Shown: positions 1 to 9,244 of the stretch, piece after piece
Layout of the letters: each line of letters opens with the position of its first letter
How positions within the stretch are numbered: position 1 is the first letter of the stretch
The notes under the pieces: model-generated
The model's input: only the letters and a program-made list of their open reading frames with translations
Databases searched by the model: none
What the model was told of the DNA's origin: nothing
Translations under genes and position numbers: made by a program
NCBI GenBank assembly: GCA_038248455.1
Contig: JBBRXL010000001.1
Coordinates: 1 to 31,937 of the forward strand
Direction: 5' to 3'
DNA from: Candidatus Saccharimonadales bacterium
GTDB lineage: Bacteria; Patescibacteriota; Saccharimonadia; Saccharimonadales; Saccharimonadaceae
DNA length: 31,937 bases

Positions 1-2
1 AG

Positions 3-218
3 CGCAAGCTTGTGTCAGAACTCAGATCAAAAGGTGTCGAATCTTCCGTCATTGATGGATTAATGGTGGACAGTGAACGAAGTGATGATGATGAGATAAT
101 GAAGATTATTACCAAAAAAAGACAAAAATACATCGATCAAAATAAGCTAATTGCATATCTTGCAAGACAAGGCTTTGACTACGATGATATAAAATCGGCT
201 CTTCAAAAAGTCGACTAA
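3..218 (+). CDS. recX: RecX regulatory protein, C-terminal part (5'-truncated by the window)
   Basis: Frame open from the window edge; ELRSKGV and KLIAYLARQGF match the RecX helical repeat motifs (ELxxKGV, KLxxxLxRxGF). Confidence 0.75.
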   Translation, partial: RKLVSELRSKGVESSVIDGLMVDSERSDDDEIMKIITKKRQKYIDQNKLIAYLARQGFDYDDIKSALQKVD

Positions 219-790
219 TAATCAATACTATCTGGTTGAGGGCTTGAGCTTCTAAATGGGTTAACAAAGTCTCTTTGTTGGATTTGTTTTACTGGTTCGG
301 GTCTCTTGGCGGTTGTTCGAACTATTATAACGTCGTTATTTATCTCGACAATTTGAGATCTGTGTATTAAAAGTCCTGAACTAGTGAAGCTTTTTATGAA
401 TCCACCTTTTACATTGAGCTGTTGGATGATGAAACTATTTGAGTCGAGGCTATAATCTTCGATAGTACCTAGCTTTCCACCGGCTTCATCTTTTACTTTC
501 ATACCAACAGGATTGAAGTTAAGGCGGAATATTTCATTGATTTTGATAACATCGTCCAGACCTATGAATTCATCACTACTGTCTACAATCATACCAATGT
601 CGCTCATTTCGCGTACGTCAGCCATGCGAATTATAGAAGGGTGCTCGGAAATTAGCGGACCTTCGGCAATATAGCCAACAATTTTCAGGTTAGCGGGGTC
701 AATCAGTGCCTTTGTCGTATGGGCGAGCTTTGTGCCAGTTTGAAGTCCCATTATTGGAACGTTGATTAATTTTGATCCTGGTAATAGCAT
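215..790 (-). CDS. PRC-barrel domain protein (two barrels)
   Basis: 191 aa; two repeats of the PRC pattern (G..V....G.kLg.....liDp...kIvgy; GMKVKDEAGGKLGTIEDY..D....I..L.V). A TATAAT lies 6 nt before the ATG. Confidence 0.65.
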   Translation of the reverse strand: MLLPGSKLINVPIMGLQTGTKLAHTTKALIDPANLKIVGYIAEGPLISEHPSIIRMADVREMSDIGMIVDSSDEFIGLDDVIKINEIFRLNFNPVGMKVKDEAGGKLGTIEDYSLDSNSFIIQQLNVKGGFIKSFTSSGLLIHRSQIVEINNDVIIVRTTAKRPEPVKQIQQRDFVNPFRSSSPQPDSIDY

Positions 791-826
791 AAGTATATTA
801 TAGATGTTTTACGAAGTAATATCCAT

Positions 827-1102
827 CTATTCCGAGAAAGGATTAACTCTTCCGGCTGGGAGACTATATGGCGGATTGGTATCTTGCTCAATTATTTTGT
901 CAATAATTTGTTGGTTTGAAACCGTACTTGGTGTGTTTGATGTAGTAGTATGGTCTGGATTGGAGTCATTGAATACGTTGGTTAACATTATCACTGCAGT
1001 AGCCAGGCCGACAACGAATATCACTATAAATATTGTTAAGTGAAATTTTCGAAAAACCATGTTGATCATTTCCGCAATATTTTTAATATTTAATGATTTC
1101 AT
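827..1102 (-). CDS. Small single-TM protein of the pilus cluster, possibly PilP-like
   Basis: 91 aa, one hydrophobic helix, Thr/Ser/Asn-rich linker, C-terminal GRVNPF; directly follows the pilO-like gene. Confidence 0.55.
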   Translation of the reverse strand: MKSLNIKNIAEMINMVFRKFHLTIFIVIFVVGLATAVIMLTNVFNDSNPDHTTTSNTPSTVSNQQIIDKIIEQDTNPPYSLPAGRVNPFSE

Positions 1103-1109
1103 AATTATC

Positions 1110-1631
1110 CTACTTTACCGATATTTCGATTTTAATTTTTTCTGTCTTCACCATATCAGCCGATCCATTTACTCTCGACAACGATAGGCCTGATATCTGT
1201 AGTTTTGGCAGACTTTGTTCTATATTTCCTATGAACATTATTAATCCATTGTAGCTAGCGGGGTTCTCGATTGTAAGTAGGATTGACTGTGCCTCGTAAG
1301 CGTAGTCAGTGATTTTAATACCGGCATCATTTGCGTATTTATTTAGTGATACCACAACATCGGTTTGATAGCTTGTCGCAGGGTAATAAAATTTTTCAGA
1401 AACAGTTACGGCTTTTTTCTTTTGGGCTAGTTCTGTGCTAAGATTTCCAGCACTCTTACTGTTATCTAGATTTTGGTTTGAATTCGAAACGGATGCTTTA
1501 ATGTCGAGAGCGGTTATTTCAAGTTGTTTTTGAGTATAATAAAAACCAAATGATATTGCCGCGGCAAGAAGAAGTAGCGCTACAACTAGCGTATTTCTGA
1601 GAGTTATAGGTTTGTTGTCTGTCTTGTTCAT
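1110..1631 (-). CDS. pilO: Type IV pilus alignment protein, PilO-like
   Basis: N-terminal TM, coiled segment, then a ferredoxin-like pattern (YNGLIMFIGNIEQSLPKLQISGLSLS); ATGA overlap with pilN; position after pilM-pilN. Confidence 0.6.
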   Translation of the reverse strand: MNKTDNKPITLRNTLVVALLLLAAAISFGFYYTQKQLEITALDIKASVSNSNQNLDNSKSAGNLSTELAQKKKAVTVSEKFYYPATSYQTDVVVSLNKYANDAGIKITDYAYEAQSILLTIENPASYNGLIMFIGNIEQSLPKLQISGLSLSRVNGSADMVKTEKIKIEISVK

Positions 1632-2197
1632 GACGCGAACTCCCTGTTGAAAATAACATCGACTGTAAGAATATTGTTGTAGCCATTTATACTAGATTTG
1701 TTTGATCCTGAGAGTGACTGGAACGTAACGGAGCTGAATAAACCTCCTGGAGTAGACTGTTCTAGCGCAGATTTTAGCGTGGCTGCTGTATCGGCATTTG
1801 TAGCGTAGAAAGTTATTGTTGATTTTGTATTGAAGGCATTTTGATCTATGACGATATTGTCTATTATAGTACCAGCCGGCATTATGCTTGCAAGGCCAGT
1901 AAGAATTTTTGAATATTTTACTTCTTGGTTAATGATATTGCTGGCACTGCTCAGGGTATCGTCGGCTACTTTTATTTGATTTGTAATCTCAACATAGCTA
2001 GCTGTTTTGGTCGTATTGTCATGGATAAGGCTATCGGCACTCGTCTTGAGACCACTCAATATTAAGTAAGTGCCATATGAGACTAGAGCCAAGAAAACGG
2101 CGCCAAACGTCATAACAATTATATATTTAACTAATATACTATTTGATCTAGCGGCCTTGATGTCATTTTTCAATGGTTCAGGAAGAAGGTTTATCAT
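1628..2197 (-). CDS. pilN: Type IV pilus alignment protein PilN
   Basis: N-terminal INLLP motif (PilM-binding), TM helix, periplasmic-type domain; overlaps the pilM stop. Confidence 0.8.
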   Translation of the reverse strand: MINLLPEPLKNDIKAARSNSILVKYIIVMTFGAVFLALVSYGTYLILSGLKTSADSLIHDNTTKTASYVEITNQIKVADDTLSSASNIINQEVKYSKILTGLASIMPAGTIIDNIVIDQNAFNTKSTITFYATNADTAATLKSALEQSTPGGLFSSVTFQSLSGSNKSSINGYNNILTVDVIFNREFAS

Positions 2198-3249
2198 TTT
2201 AGAATCTTTCCTGGTTGGATAGATGCCAGACCTGCAACCGTTATATATCTTGATCTAAACTGCTTGGTTGGTTCTGGTAGCTTGCCGAACTCTAGTTTTT
2301 GCCAAGGGCTTGCCACTCGGGCGGGCATAACTAGCTCGTTAGTGAAATATTCACCGATACCGGGTACGTTACTACCGGCTCCAACTATAAGAAGTTGCTC
2401 GAGTTTGTTGCCATCGGCTAGTCGCTCGTCATAATATCTCATAACTTTTCGTATTTCCACCGTCAATCTTTCAAGAGTAGGTTTCAGGGCGTTGGATATT
2501 TTTTCTTGTCTTGGACCAGCACTTAGACCGTTTAGGACCTTGAGCTGATGGGCGTTTTCGATTGATATATTGAGTTTTTTGGCTATATCAAGTGTAAAAG
2601 TATTAGCTCCCAGAGCTAGTCCACCAGTTACTTTGATATTTCCTTTGTCGAGTACGGCTATGTCGGTATTGGCCGGACCAATATCAACTATCAGGCTTGG
2701 TAGTTGGCCGTCTTCAGCCACAGTGATAAGTCTACCAACTGCACTAATGCTAGGCTCTATCATAACTGTCCTCATTTCGGCCGCTTCTAGTGCCTCGATA
2801 CAGCTATCAATAATTATTCTAGGAACGGCGCTCATTAGAACAGTGATTTCCTTTTTGGATCGTTCAATTATCTCGTAATCGACATAAAGTGTTTCTAGTG
2901 GTACGGGTATATACTGCTCGGCCTCAATGATAACTGCATCATGGATTGTTTTCTGGACGCTTGTCGGTAGCGTAAAGGTTCTTGAGAAGCTTTTTGCAGT
3001 CGGTATACTAACGGCTACATGATTACTGGGAAGTTTACCAATCAGTTTTTCTTTTATGAGAAGTTTAAGATTGTCCGCAAGATAAGTGGACTTACCATCT
3101 AGTGATTCACGTAATTTGATAGGGTCAAGGTCTGTCGCGCCGTGTCCGAGTACTAGCCAACGCTTAATGTCTACTGACATTATTTTTATACCAGTATTAC
3201 TGATATCGATTCCTACAACTGGTTTGTCTTTATAAAATAATTTAGCCAT
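2194..3249 (-). CDS. pilM: Type IV pilus assembly protein PilM
   Basis: Actin-like fold motifs VGIDIS, IVDIGPANT, LLIVGAGSNVPG, EAEQYIP; the ATG at 3249 is preferred over the GTG at 3258. Confidence 0.9.
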   Translation of the reverse strand: MAKLFYKDKPVVGIDISNTGIKIMSVDIKRWLVLGHGATDLDPIKLRESLDGKSTYLADNLKLLIKEKLIGKLPSNHVAVSIPTAKSFSRTFTLPTSVQKTIHDAVIIEAEQYIPVPLETLYVDYEIIERSKKEITVLMSAVPRIIIDSCIEALEAAEMRTVMIEPSISAVGRLITVAEDGQLPSLIVDIGPANTDIAVLDKGNIKVTGGLALGANTFTLDIAKKLNISIENAHQLKVLNGLSAGPRQEKISNALKPTLERLTVEIRKVMRYYDERLADGNKLEQLLIVGAGSNVPGIGEYFTNELVMPARVASPWQKLEFGKLPEPTKQFRSRYITVAGLASIQPGKILK

Positions 3250-3309
3250 GATGCCCACAAGTGTTTTCTGCTATTAATTATAGCATGAGCAGTTTAAAGA
3301 CGGCTATGA

Positions 3310-4536
3310 TTATTTAATGTTTTGAGATAACGTTGCGATCGGTAGCATGACGCTGGCTGCGATTACGCCAACCATACTTCCCATTAATAAAATCATGACA
3401 GGTTCGATAATAGAACTAACGCCTTCGATGGCTGTATCGACTTCTTCCTCGTAATAGTCAGCAACTTTTAGAAGTACTGTGTCTGTTTGGCCAGTCTCTT
3501 CTCCAACAGCTAGCATTTGGGCAACGATTGCTGGAAATAGTTCGTTTTGACCCAATACCGCCGACAAGGATCGTCCGTTCTTGACTTCATTGACTGCATC
3601 AAGTAACGCCTGTTCGTAGACTACATTACCGATTGAGTGAGATGTGACCCTGAGGCATTCGATTACGGCTACACCTGCACCCATAAGGGCCGAGAAAGTA
3701 CGCGCGAAACGGGCGATTGCAATCTTTTGGGCTATTTTTCGTATTACAGGTAGTCTTAATATTAAGGTGTCCTTCTGGAGACGACCTTTTGGGGTTTTTA
3801 TGTATTGAATAAAAAGGTATATAAGGCCAAAGAATACTGGAAATATAATGTACCAATAACCTGTAAATGCTCCACTGATGGCTAACATCATGAGTGTGAT
3901 GCCAGGAAGTTTTGCGTCGGCACCGCCGAGGTCGAGTAGTACTTTACCTATTTGTGGTATTACAAATAGCATTAGTCCGAAAAAAGCTAAAACAGTAATT
4001 ACAACTAGTACCGTTGGGTAGGCCATGGCACTTTTTATCTTTTTCCGGATAGTCGTACTTTTTTCTTGTTGGATTGCTAGTCTTTTGAGGATATCTTCCA
4101 GGATACCGGCTGTTTCTCCGGCCCTTACCATGTTGACGTAAACATCATTAAACGTTGCCGGGTGATTTCCGAGGGCATCGCCTAGATTTGAGCCAGCTTC
4201 AACGTCTTTGATGACAGCAATCAGTATTTGCTTGAGGGCTGCACTTTCAGAATATTCCGCAAGTGATTTTAGAGATCTAATCAATGGCACTCCGGCACCG
4301 ATCATTACACTGAGCTGCCTGGTCATAATTACCAGATGGTCGTTTTTGACTTTACTGGAGTTAAAAACATTATCAAACGAAGTCTTTGTTTTTTTATCTG
4401 GAGCTAGTTTGACACTTACGGGGCGTAAGTGTTGTTTACGGATAGATGCGATAACGCTCGCTCTGTCGGGTAGCTCTGTAAAACCATGGATGGCTTTTTT
4501 GCTTGAATCAACTGCAATATAGGAGAATCTAGGCAT
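3310..4536 (-). CDS. pilC: Type IV pilus platform protein PilC (GspF family)
   Basis: TRQLSVMIGAGVPL, YVNMVRAGETAG, AMAYP, QMLAVGEETG, EP motifs of the T2SSF family. Confidence 0.93.
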   Translation of the reverse strand: MPRFSYIAVDSSKKAIHGFTELPDRASVIASIRKQHLRPVSVKLAPDKKTKTSFDNVFNSSKVKNDHLVIMTRQLSVMIGAGVPLIRSLKSLAEYSESAALKQILIAVIKDVEAGSNLGDALGNHPATFNDVYVNMVRAGETAGILEDILKRLAIQQEKSTTIRKKIKSAMAYPTVLVVITVLAFFGLMLFVIPQIGKVLLDLGGADAKLPGITLMMLAISGAFTGYWYIIFPVFFGLIYLFIQYIKTPKGRLQKDTLILRLPVIRKIAQKIAIARFARTFSALMGAGVAVIECLRVTSHSIGNVVYEQALLDAVNEVKNGRSLSAVLGQNELFPAIVAQMLAVGEETGQTDTVLLKVADYYEEEVDTAIEGVSSIIEPVMILLMGSMVGVIAASVMLPIATLSQNIK

Positions 4537-4538
4537 AA

Positions 4539-6323
4539 CTAGTCTTTACTTACCCTTAGAACTTCTTCGATGGTGGTCTCACCCCTGAGTGCTTTAACTA
4601 GACCATCGACCTGCATGGTTACCATACCTTCGATGATCGCTTGGTCTTGTATTTGGGCACTTGTTGAATTTATCATAATTAATTTTTGGATAGCCTGAGT
4701 GTTTGCTAGCACTTCATAGATTCCTATTCGTCCAAGGTAGCCGGCATGTGCTTCTTCGGAACTATCATCTGGATCAGCTCGCCATAGGCTTATAATCCCA
4801 TTTTCATCGGTACTAAGTGGGCTGTCACCCCCTACACCTTCGGCTTTTGCTTGTTTTTCTAGTTCGTGGATGACTTTAAAGCTTTGACCTGGTGCTAGTT
4901 TGAAGAGCTTTGTTATAGTTTCTCTTTCTTCTTCGCTCGGCGTATAACTCTGTTTAGTAGATGGGTGAAGTTTACGAACGAGTCGTTGTCCAACGACAGC
5001 CCGAACGGTACTGGCTATTAGAAACGGTTCTATACCCATGTCTAGTAGTCGTGGTAGACAAGTGGCGGCATTATTGGTGTGAAGGGTGCTGAATACTAAG
5101 TGGCCTGTTAGGGCGGCTTGTACGCCCAGGTCAGCCGTTTCGCCGTCACGGATCTCACCAATCATAATAATATTTGGGTCTTGGCGTAGTAGGGCCCGAA
5201 GTCCGTTGGCGAAGGTCATGCCGGCTTTATCATTCGTTTGAGTTTGGTTTACACCTTGAATTTTGTATTCAACAGGGTCTTCAATGGTTGATATATTAAC
5301 ACTTGGCTCGTTTAATATAGACAGGACACTAAACAAACTAGTCGACTTACCACTACCAGTTGGACCTGTTACTAGAATCATACCGTTGGGTTCGGTCATG
5401 GCAAGTCTCATGATCTGTAGAGATCGTCCCCAGTATCCTAAGGATTCGAGGCTAACTGCTTGATTTGATTCATCCAAGATACGCATAACTATCTTTTCGC
5501 CGTCGGCAATTGGTAATGAACTGACACGAAGGGCGTATTGCTTTCCGGCTACCTCAACTTTAAAGCGACCGTCTTGCGGAACTCGCTTTTCATCAATCTT
5601 TAAGTTACTCATGATTTTGATACGACTAACGAGTGCGCCAACCACATTTTTGGGCATACGGTTAACTTCTTTTAGAACGCCGTCAATACGGTAACGAATC
5701 TGGACATAGTTTTCTCGGGGCTCGATATGAATATCACTGGCGTGGCTTCGGATCGCATACTCAAGCAGCAGATTAACCGTTTTGGCAGTAGGTGAGTCCT
5801 CTCTGATGTCTTGTTCGGATATCTCACCAAGTGCCGAAAAGTCATCGATTCTTTGGATATCGATGACATCTTTTAATTCTTGGTCGACATTACCCCTGTA
5901 ATATTCTAATGAAGCCAATACATCCTCTTTTGTGGCTATATATATTCTTGTATTGACGCCGATTTCTTTTTGGATGAAGTTAATGGCCTGGACATCATCA
6001 GGGTCTTCCATGGCGAGGTGCTGGATGCCGTCTTTATCGATATCAAATAGTATCGCGTTGTATTGTTTGGCTATTCGTTCGGGAATTTTATTTAGAGTAT
6101 CAAATGGAATTTTTTGCGGATGGAGTTCAACGTAGGGTATTTGTATGTAATCAGCAAAAGCTTTGACTAGTGTTTTTTCATCTAAAATATTCTTTTCAAC
6201 AACAAGATCTTTTAGAGGCACATTTAACCTGGCACCCTCTTCTTTGAGGTCCGTTATTTGCTCGGGAGTAGCCACACCACTGCGCGTGAGCAACTTCTCG
6301 ATGATTTCATCAGAAATACGCAT
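4539..6323 (-). CDS. pilB: Type IV pilus extension ATPase PilB (GspE/PulE family)
   Basis: ASDIHIEP, PQDGR, Walker A GPTGSGKST, TIEDPVEY, LRQDPNIIMIGEIRD, STLHTN. Start set at 6323, 10 nt after a GGAG. Confidence 0.92.
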   Translation of the reverse strand: MRISDEIIEKLLTRSGVATPEQITDLKEEGARLNVPLKDLVVEKNILDEKTLVKAFADYIQIPYVELHPQKIPFDTLNKIPERIAKQYNAILFDIDKDGIQHLAMEDPDDVQAINFIQKEIGVNTRIYIATKEDVLASLEYYRGNVDQELKDVIDIQRIDDFSALGEISEQDIREDSPTAKTVNLLLEYAIRSHASDIHIEPRENYVQIRYRIDGVLKEVNRMPKNVVGALVSRIKIMSNLKIDEKRVPQDGRFKVEVAGKQYALRVSSLPIADGEKIVMRILDESNQAVSLESLGYWGRSLQIMRLAMTEPNGMILVTGPTGSGKSTSLFSVLSILNEPSVNISTIEDPVEYKIQGVNQTQTNDKAGMTFANGLRALLRQDPNIIMIGEIRDGETADLGVQAALTGHLVFSTLHTNNAATCLPRLLDMGIEPFLIASTVRAVVGQRLVRKLHPSTKQSYTPSEEERETITKLFKLAPGQSFKVIHELEKQAKAEGVGGDSPLSTDENGIISLWRADPDDSSEEAHAGYLGRIGIYEVLANTQAIQKLIMINSTSAQIQDQAIIEGMVTMQVDGLVKALRGETTIEEVLRVSKD

Positions 6324-6431
6324 ACTGCTCATGCTCCATTGTAGATTATATCGAACTAAAGTGCCATACAAAGATGGTTATTTTTCAGGGGTTAGTAATT
6401 GGGCAATATAGTATTGTATAATATGGTTCTA

Positions 6432-6887
6432 ATGTTGCAACAAATTTCAACCAGTACTGAGCATATGATATCTCTTGGCGAAAATATTGGTTGTTGTCTT
6501 GTTGGTGGTGAAATCATTGAACTCCGGGGTGATGTCGGTGCCGGTAAGACAACGATTACTAAAGGAATTGCCAAAGGACTTGGCGTAGATGACGACGTCC
6601 AAAGCCCAAGTTTTACTATAAGTCGGCTATATGAAGCGCGTGATGATTTGTCACTTGCGCATTACGATTTTTATCGACTTACTGATCCTGGTATTATGGC
6701 CGATGAACTAAGAGAGACTGTAAGCGATAACACTACGATAACTATAATTGAATGGGGAGGTGTTGTTGACGATGTCTTACCGACAGATAGACTGACAATT
6801 GAAATCTCTACATTATCAGAAGATAAAAGACAGCTAGATATAAGAAGTGGCGGGAAGTCCAGCCGGAGAGTATTGGAAAAATTATGA
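6432..6887 (+). CDS. tsaE: tRNA t6A biosynthesis ATPase TsaE
   Basis: Walker A GDVGAGKTT, VQSPSFTI, HYDFYRL, IIEW. Start moved to the ATG at 6432, after TATAAT at 6417-6422. Confidence 0.92.
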   Translation: MLQQISTSTEHMISLGENIGCCLVGGEIIELRGDVGAGKTTITKGIAKGLGVDDDVQSPSFTISRLYEARDDLSLAHYDFYRLTDPGIMADELRETVSDNTTITIIEWGGVVDDVLPTDRLTIEISTLSEDKRQLDIRSGGKSSRRVLEKL

Positions 6888-7270
6888 TTATACTGCTCGA
6901 TACTAGTACTGGACTTTGTCAGCTGAGTTTGGTTGATGGTGAAATGAAATATGATTATGAGTGGCAAGCCGACCGAACATTAGCCCACGGCTTGCTTGGC
7001 TATATCAAGCAAAAACTTCAAGATAATAATCGAGATTTTATAGACTTAACTGGCATCGGTGTATTTGCTGGACCTGGAAGTTTTACGGGTATTCGAATCG
7101 GACTCACGGTGGCAAATACTTTGGCCGATAGTTTAGCCATACCTATTGTCGGTAGTACCGATAGTAATTGGCAATCTGAACTAATAAAGGGTATCAGAGA
7201 TGGAAGAGACGACAGAATAGTCATGCCCTTTTATGGCAGCGATGCAAATATTACAAAGCCACGAAAATAA
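6884..7270 (+). CDS. tsaB: tRNA t6A biosynthesis protein TsaB (short, N-terminal domain only)
   Basis: ILLDTS, GPGSFTGIRIG motifs; ATGA overlap with tsaE; only 128 aa. Confidence 0.85.
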   Translation: MIILLDTSTGLCQLSLVDGEMKYDYEWQADRTLAHGLLGYIKQKLQDNNRDFIDLTGIGVFAGPGSFTGIRIGLTVANTLADSLAIPIVGSTDSNWQSELIKGIRDGRDDRIVMPFYGSDANITKPRK

Positions 7271-7429
7271 CTTGTATATATTGTTCAAAAAGCGCTAAAC
7301 TATAATTAAGTCTTATTAGACTTCTGAATAAATTTTGATACTATCGCTTAACCGACTTAAATTTGATAAATTTCATCTAATCTCAAAATTCATCATACCA
7401 AAGGGGTTCTTGCGAGGAAGGAAAACAAT

Positions 7430-8941
7430 ATGTTAGAGGGAATTATAGCCGCATTGGTAGGTATATTTGCTGGTGCCGGTGGAACATACGCTTACGAGAA
7501 GAAGCGATCACTTGGTGGCAAGCACAAGGCAGAGAAAACAATCGCTGATGCAAAGAATAAAGCCAGTGACATTATATTAAAGGCCAAAGATGAAGCCATT
7601 CAGATGGCAAACGAAGCCAAAAAGGACGAAACAGAACGCCGCAAAGAGTCACAGAGAATTGAAACTAGGTTGGTTGACCGTGAAACTAGTTTGGACCGAA
7701 AACTGGACGAACTAGATAAGCGTTCTGAGAACTTACGAGCACAAGAAGATGAAGTAGAATCTCTTAAAAATGAGATTCGTGAAATTCGCACTAAGCAACA
7801 GGAGAAGCTAGAAAAAATTGCCGGTCTTAAAAAGTCAGATGCGGCTGATAAGTTAATGCAGATGACCGAAAAAGACATCAAGCAAGACTTAGTAGGTTTA
7901 GTAAATAAACTTCAAAATGATGCCAAAGAAGAGGCTGAAGACCAGGCACAGATGATTTTAGTTACTGCAATGGAGCGAATGTCGTCCGAGGTGACTTCTG
8001 AGCGTACAATAACAGCTCTAAGGCTTGAAGATGAAGAGATGAAGGGTAGGATAATCGGCAAAGAAGGTCGAAATATCCAAGCTTTGCAACGAGCAACTGG
8101 CGTGGACATATTGGTTGACGATACTCCGGGTATGATTATTCTAAGCAGCTTCGATCCATTGAGGCGACAAGTTGCTCGTATGTCTCTAGAGATGTTGATT
8201 AAGGATGGACGAATTCATCCAGGTCGGATTGAGGAAGTTGTAGCTAAAGCTGAAAAAGAAATCGAAAAAGAAGTCGTTAGGGCTGGTGAAGATGCTGCTC
8301 GCGAAGTCGGTGTTGTTGGTATTCCAAAAGAGATGCTACACCTATTGGGTGAATGTAAGTTTAGGACAAGTTATGGTCAGAATGTTCTGTTACATTGTAC
8401 AGAGATGGCTCATTTATCTGGACTAATAGCTGAAGAAATCGGTGCTGATGTACGCATAACTAAGATTGCTACGTTACTGCACGATGTCGGTAAGGCTGTT
8501 ACGCATAAGATAGAAGGTAAACATCACCATATTGGTGCCGAGTTTGCCCGTAAGTACGGTATGAGCGACGAAATAGTTCATGCTATTGAAGCTCACCATG
8601 ATGACATTGAAGCCACAACACCAGAGGCATTAATTGTGCGCATTTGTGATGCTCTATCAGCTGCTCGTCCAGGAGCTCGCAATATTAGTGCCGAGAACTT
8701 CGTAGAACGTATGCGCGACCTAGAGAATATCGCTCTTGGCTTTAACGGCATTGACAAGGCCTACGCCATAAGCGCTGGACGTGAAGTTCGAGTTATCGTT
8801 AGTCCCAAGGCTATCGATGACCTTAGTGCTATCAAGCTGGCTCGTGATATCGCTACCAAGATCGAGAGTACCATGCAATATCCTGGTACTATCAAGGTTA
8901 ACGTAATTCGTGAAACGAGAGCTATCGAGTTCGCCAAATAA
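7430..8941 (+). CDS. rny: Ribonuclease Y
   Basis: N-terminal TM, long coiled coil, KH domain (KGRIIGKEGRNI), HD domain (HCTE...LLHDVGK), AISAGREVR; GGAAGG RBS. Confidence 0.96.
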   Translation: MLEGIIAALVGIFAGAGGTYAYEKKRSLGGKHKAEKTIADAKNKASDIILKAKDEAIQMANEAKKDETERRKESQRIETRLVDRETSLDRKLDELDKRSENLRAQEDEVESLKNEIREIRTKQQEKLEKIAGLKKSDAADKLMQMTEKDIKQDLVGLVNKLQNDAKEEAEDQAQMILVTAMERMSSEVTSERTITALRLEDEEMKGRIIGKEGRNIQALQRATGVDILVDDTPGMIILSSFDPLRRQVARMSLEMLIKDGRIHPGRIEEVVAKAEKEIEKEVVRAGEDAAREVGVVGIPKEMLHLLGECKFRTSYGQNVLLHCTEMAHLSGLIAEEIGADVRITKIATLLHDVGKAVTHKIEGKHHHIGAEFARKYGMSDEIVHAIEAHHDDIEATTPEALIVRICDALSAARPGARNISAENFVERMRDLENIALGFNGIDKAYAISAGREVRVIVSPKAIDDLSAIKLARDIATKIESTMQYPGTIKVNVIRETRAIEFAK

Positions 8942-8960
8942 GTCTGACTTATTAACTATC

Positions 8961-8996
8961 AAAATAAGGTCCAAGCAATGGACCTTATTTTATTGC
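8961..8996 (+). terminator. Intrinsic terminator after rny
   Basis: Perfect 13-bp stem aaaataaggtcca/tggaccttatttt with a 5-nt loop and a T-rich tail. Confidence 0.8.
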
Positions 8997-9142
8997 TTGT
9001 GATTATAATCACAGCTTAATATAGTTTATGCAGAGTAATATAAGTATATCGATTGATAGAGGTAGATATCACCCCTGTTATTAGCTTTGACATAAAGCAA
9101 AATCTATTTTGTATATATGAATTTTTTACAACGCATTTTTCA

Positions 9143-9172
9143 TTGACAACGCTATGGGTGCGGTATTATCAT
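9143..9172 (+). promoter_or_regulatory. Sigma70-type promoter for the nrd operon
   Basis: TTGACA (9143-9148), 18-nt spacer, TATCAT (9167-9172). Confidence 0.55.
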
Positions 9173-9181
9173 CAACACAGA

Positions 9182-9197
9182 ACGCTACATATAGCGC
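9182..9197. promoter_or_regulatory. Candidate NrdR box
   Basis: acgctacatatagcgc matches the acaCwAtATaTwGtgt consensus at 12/16 positions, is palindromic (cgcta/tagcg) and lies just downstream of the predicted TSS. No clear second box found. Confidence 0.45.
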
Positions 9198-9244
9198 CTA
9201 TATAAATAAAAATAATCAGTATTATGACGGTAAGGAGTGTAGAG

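Noticed and set aside
7307-7429. Possible 6S RNA or structured leader upstream of rny
   Set aside because: 6S genes can neighbour rny, but this ~120-nt AT-rich stretch shows only short stems (aattttga/tcaaaatt) and no long rod with a central bubble. An Rfam 6S covariance search would be needed.
9087-9120. Second TTGACA promoter upstream of nrdD
   Set aside because: No good -10 hexamer at 16-18 nt spacing.
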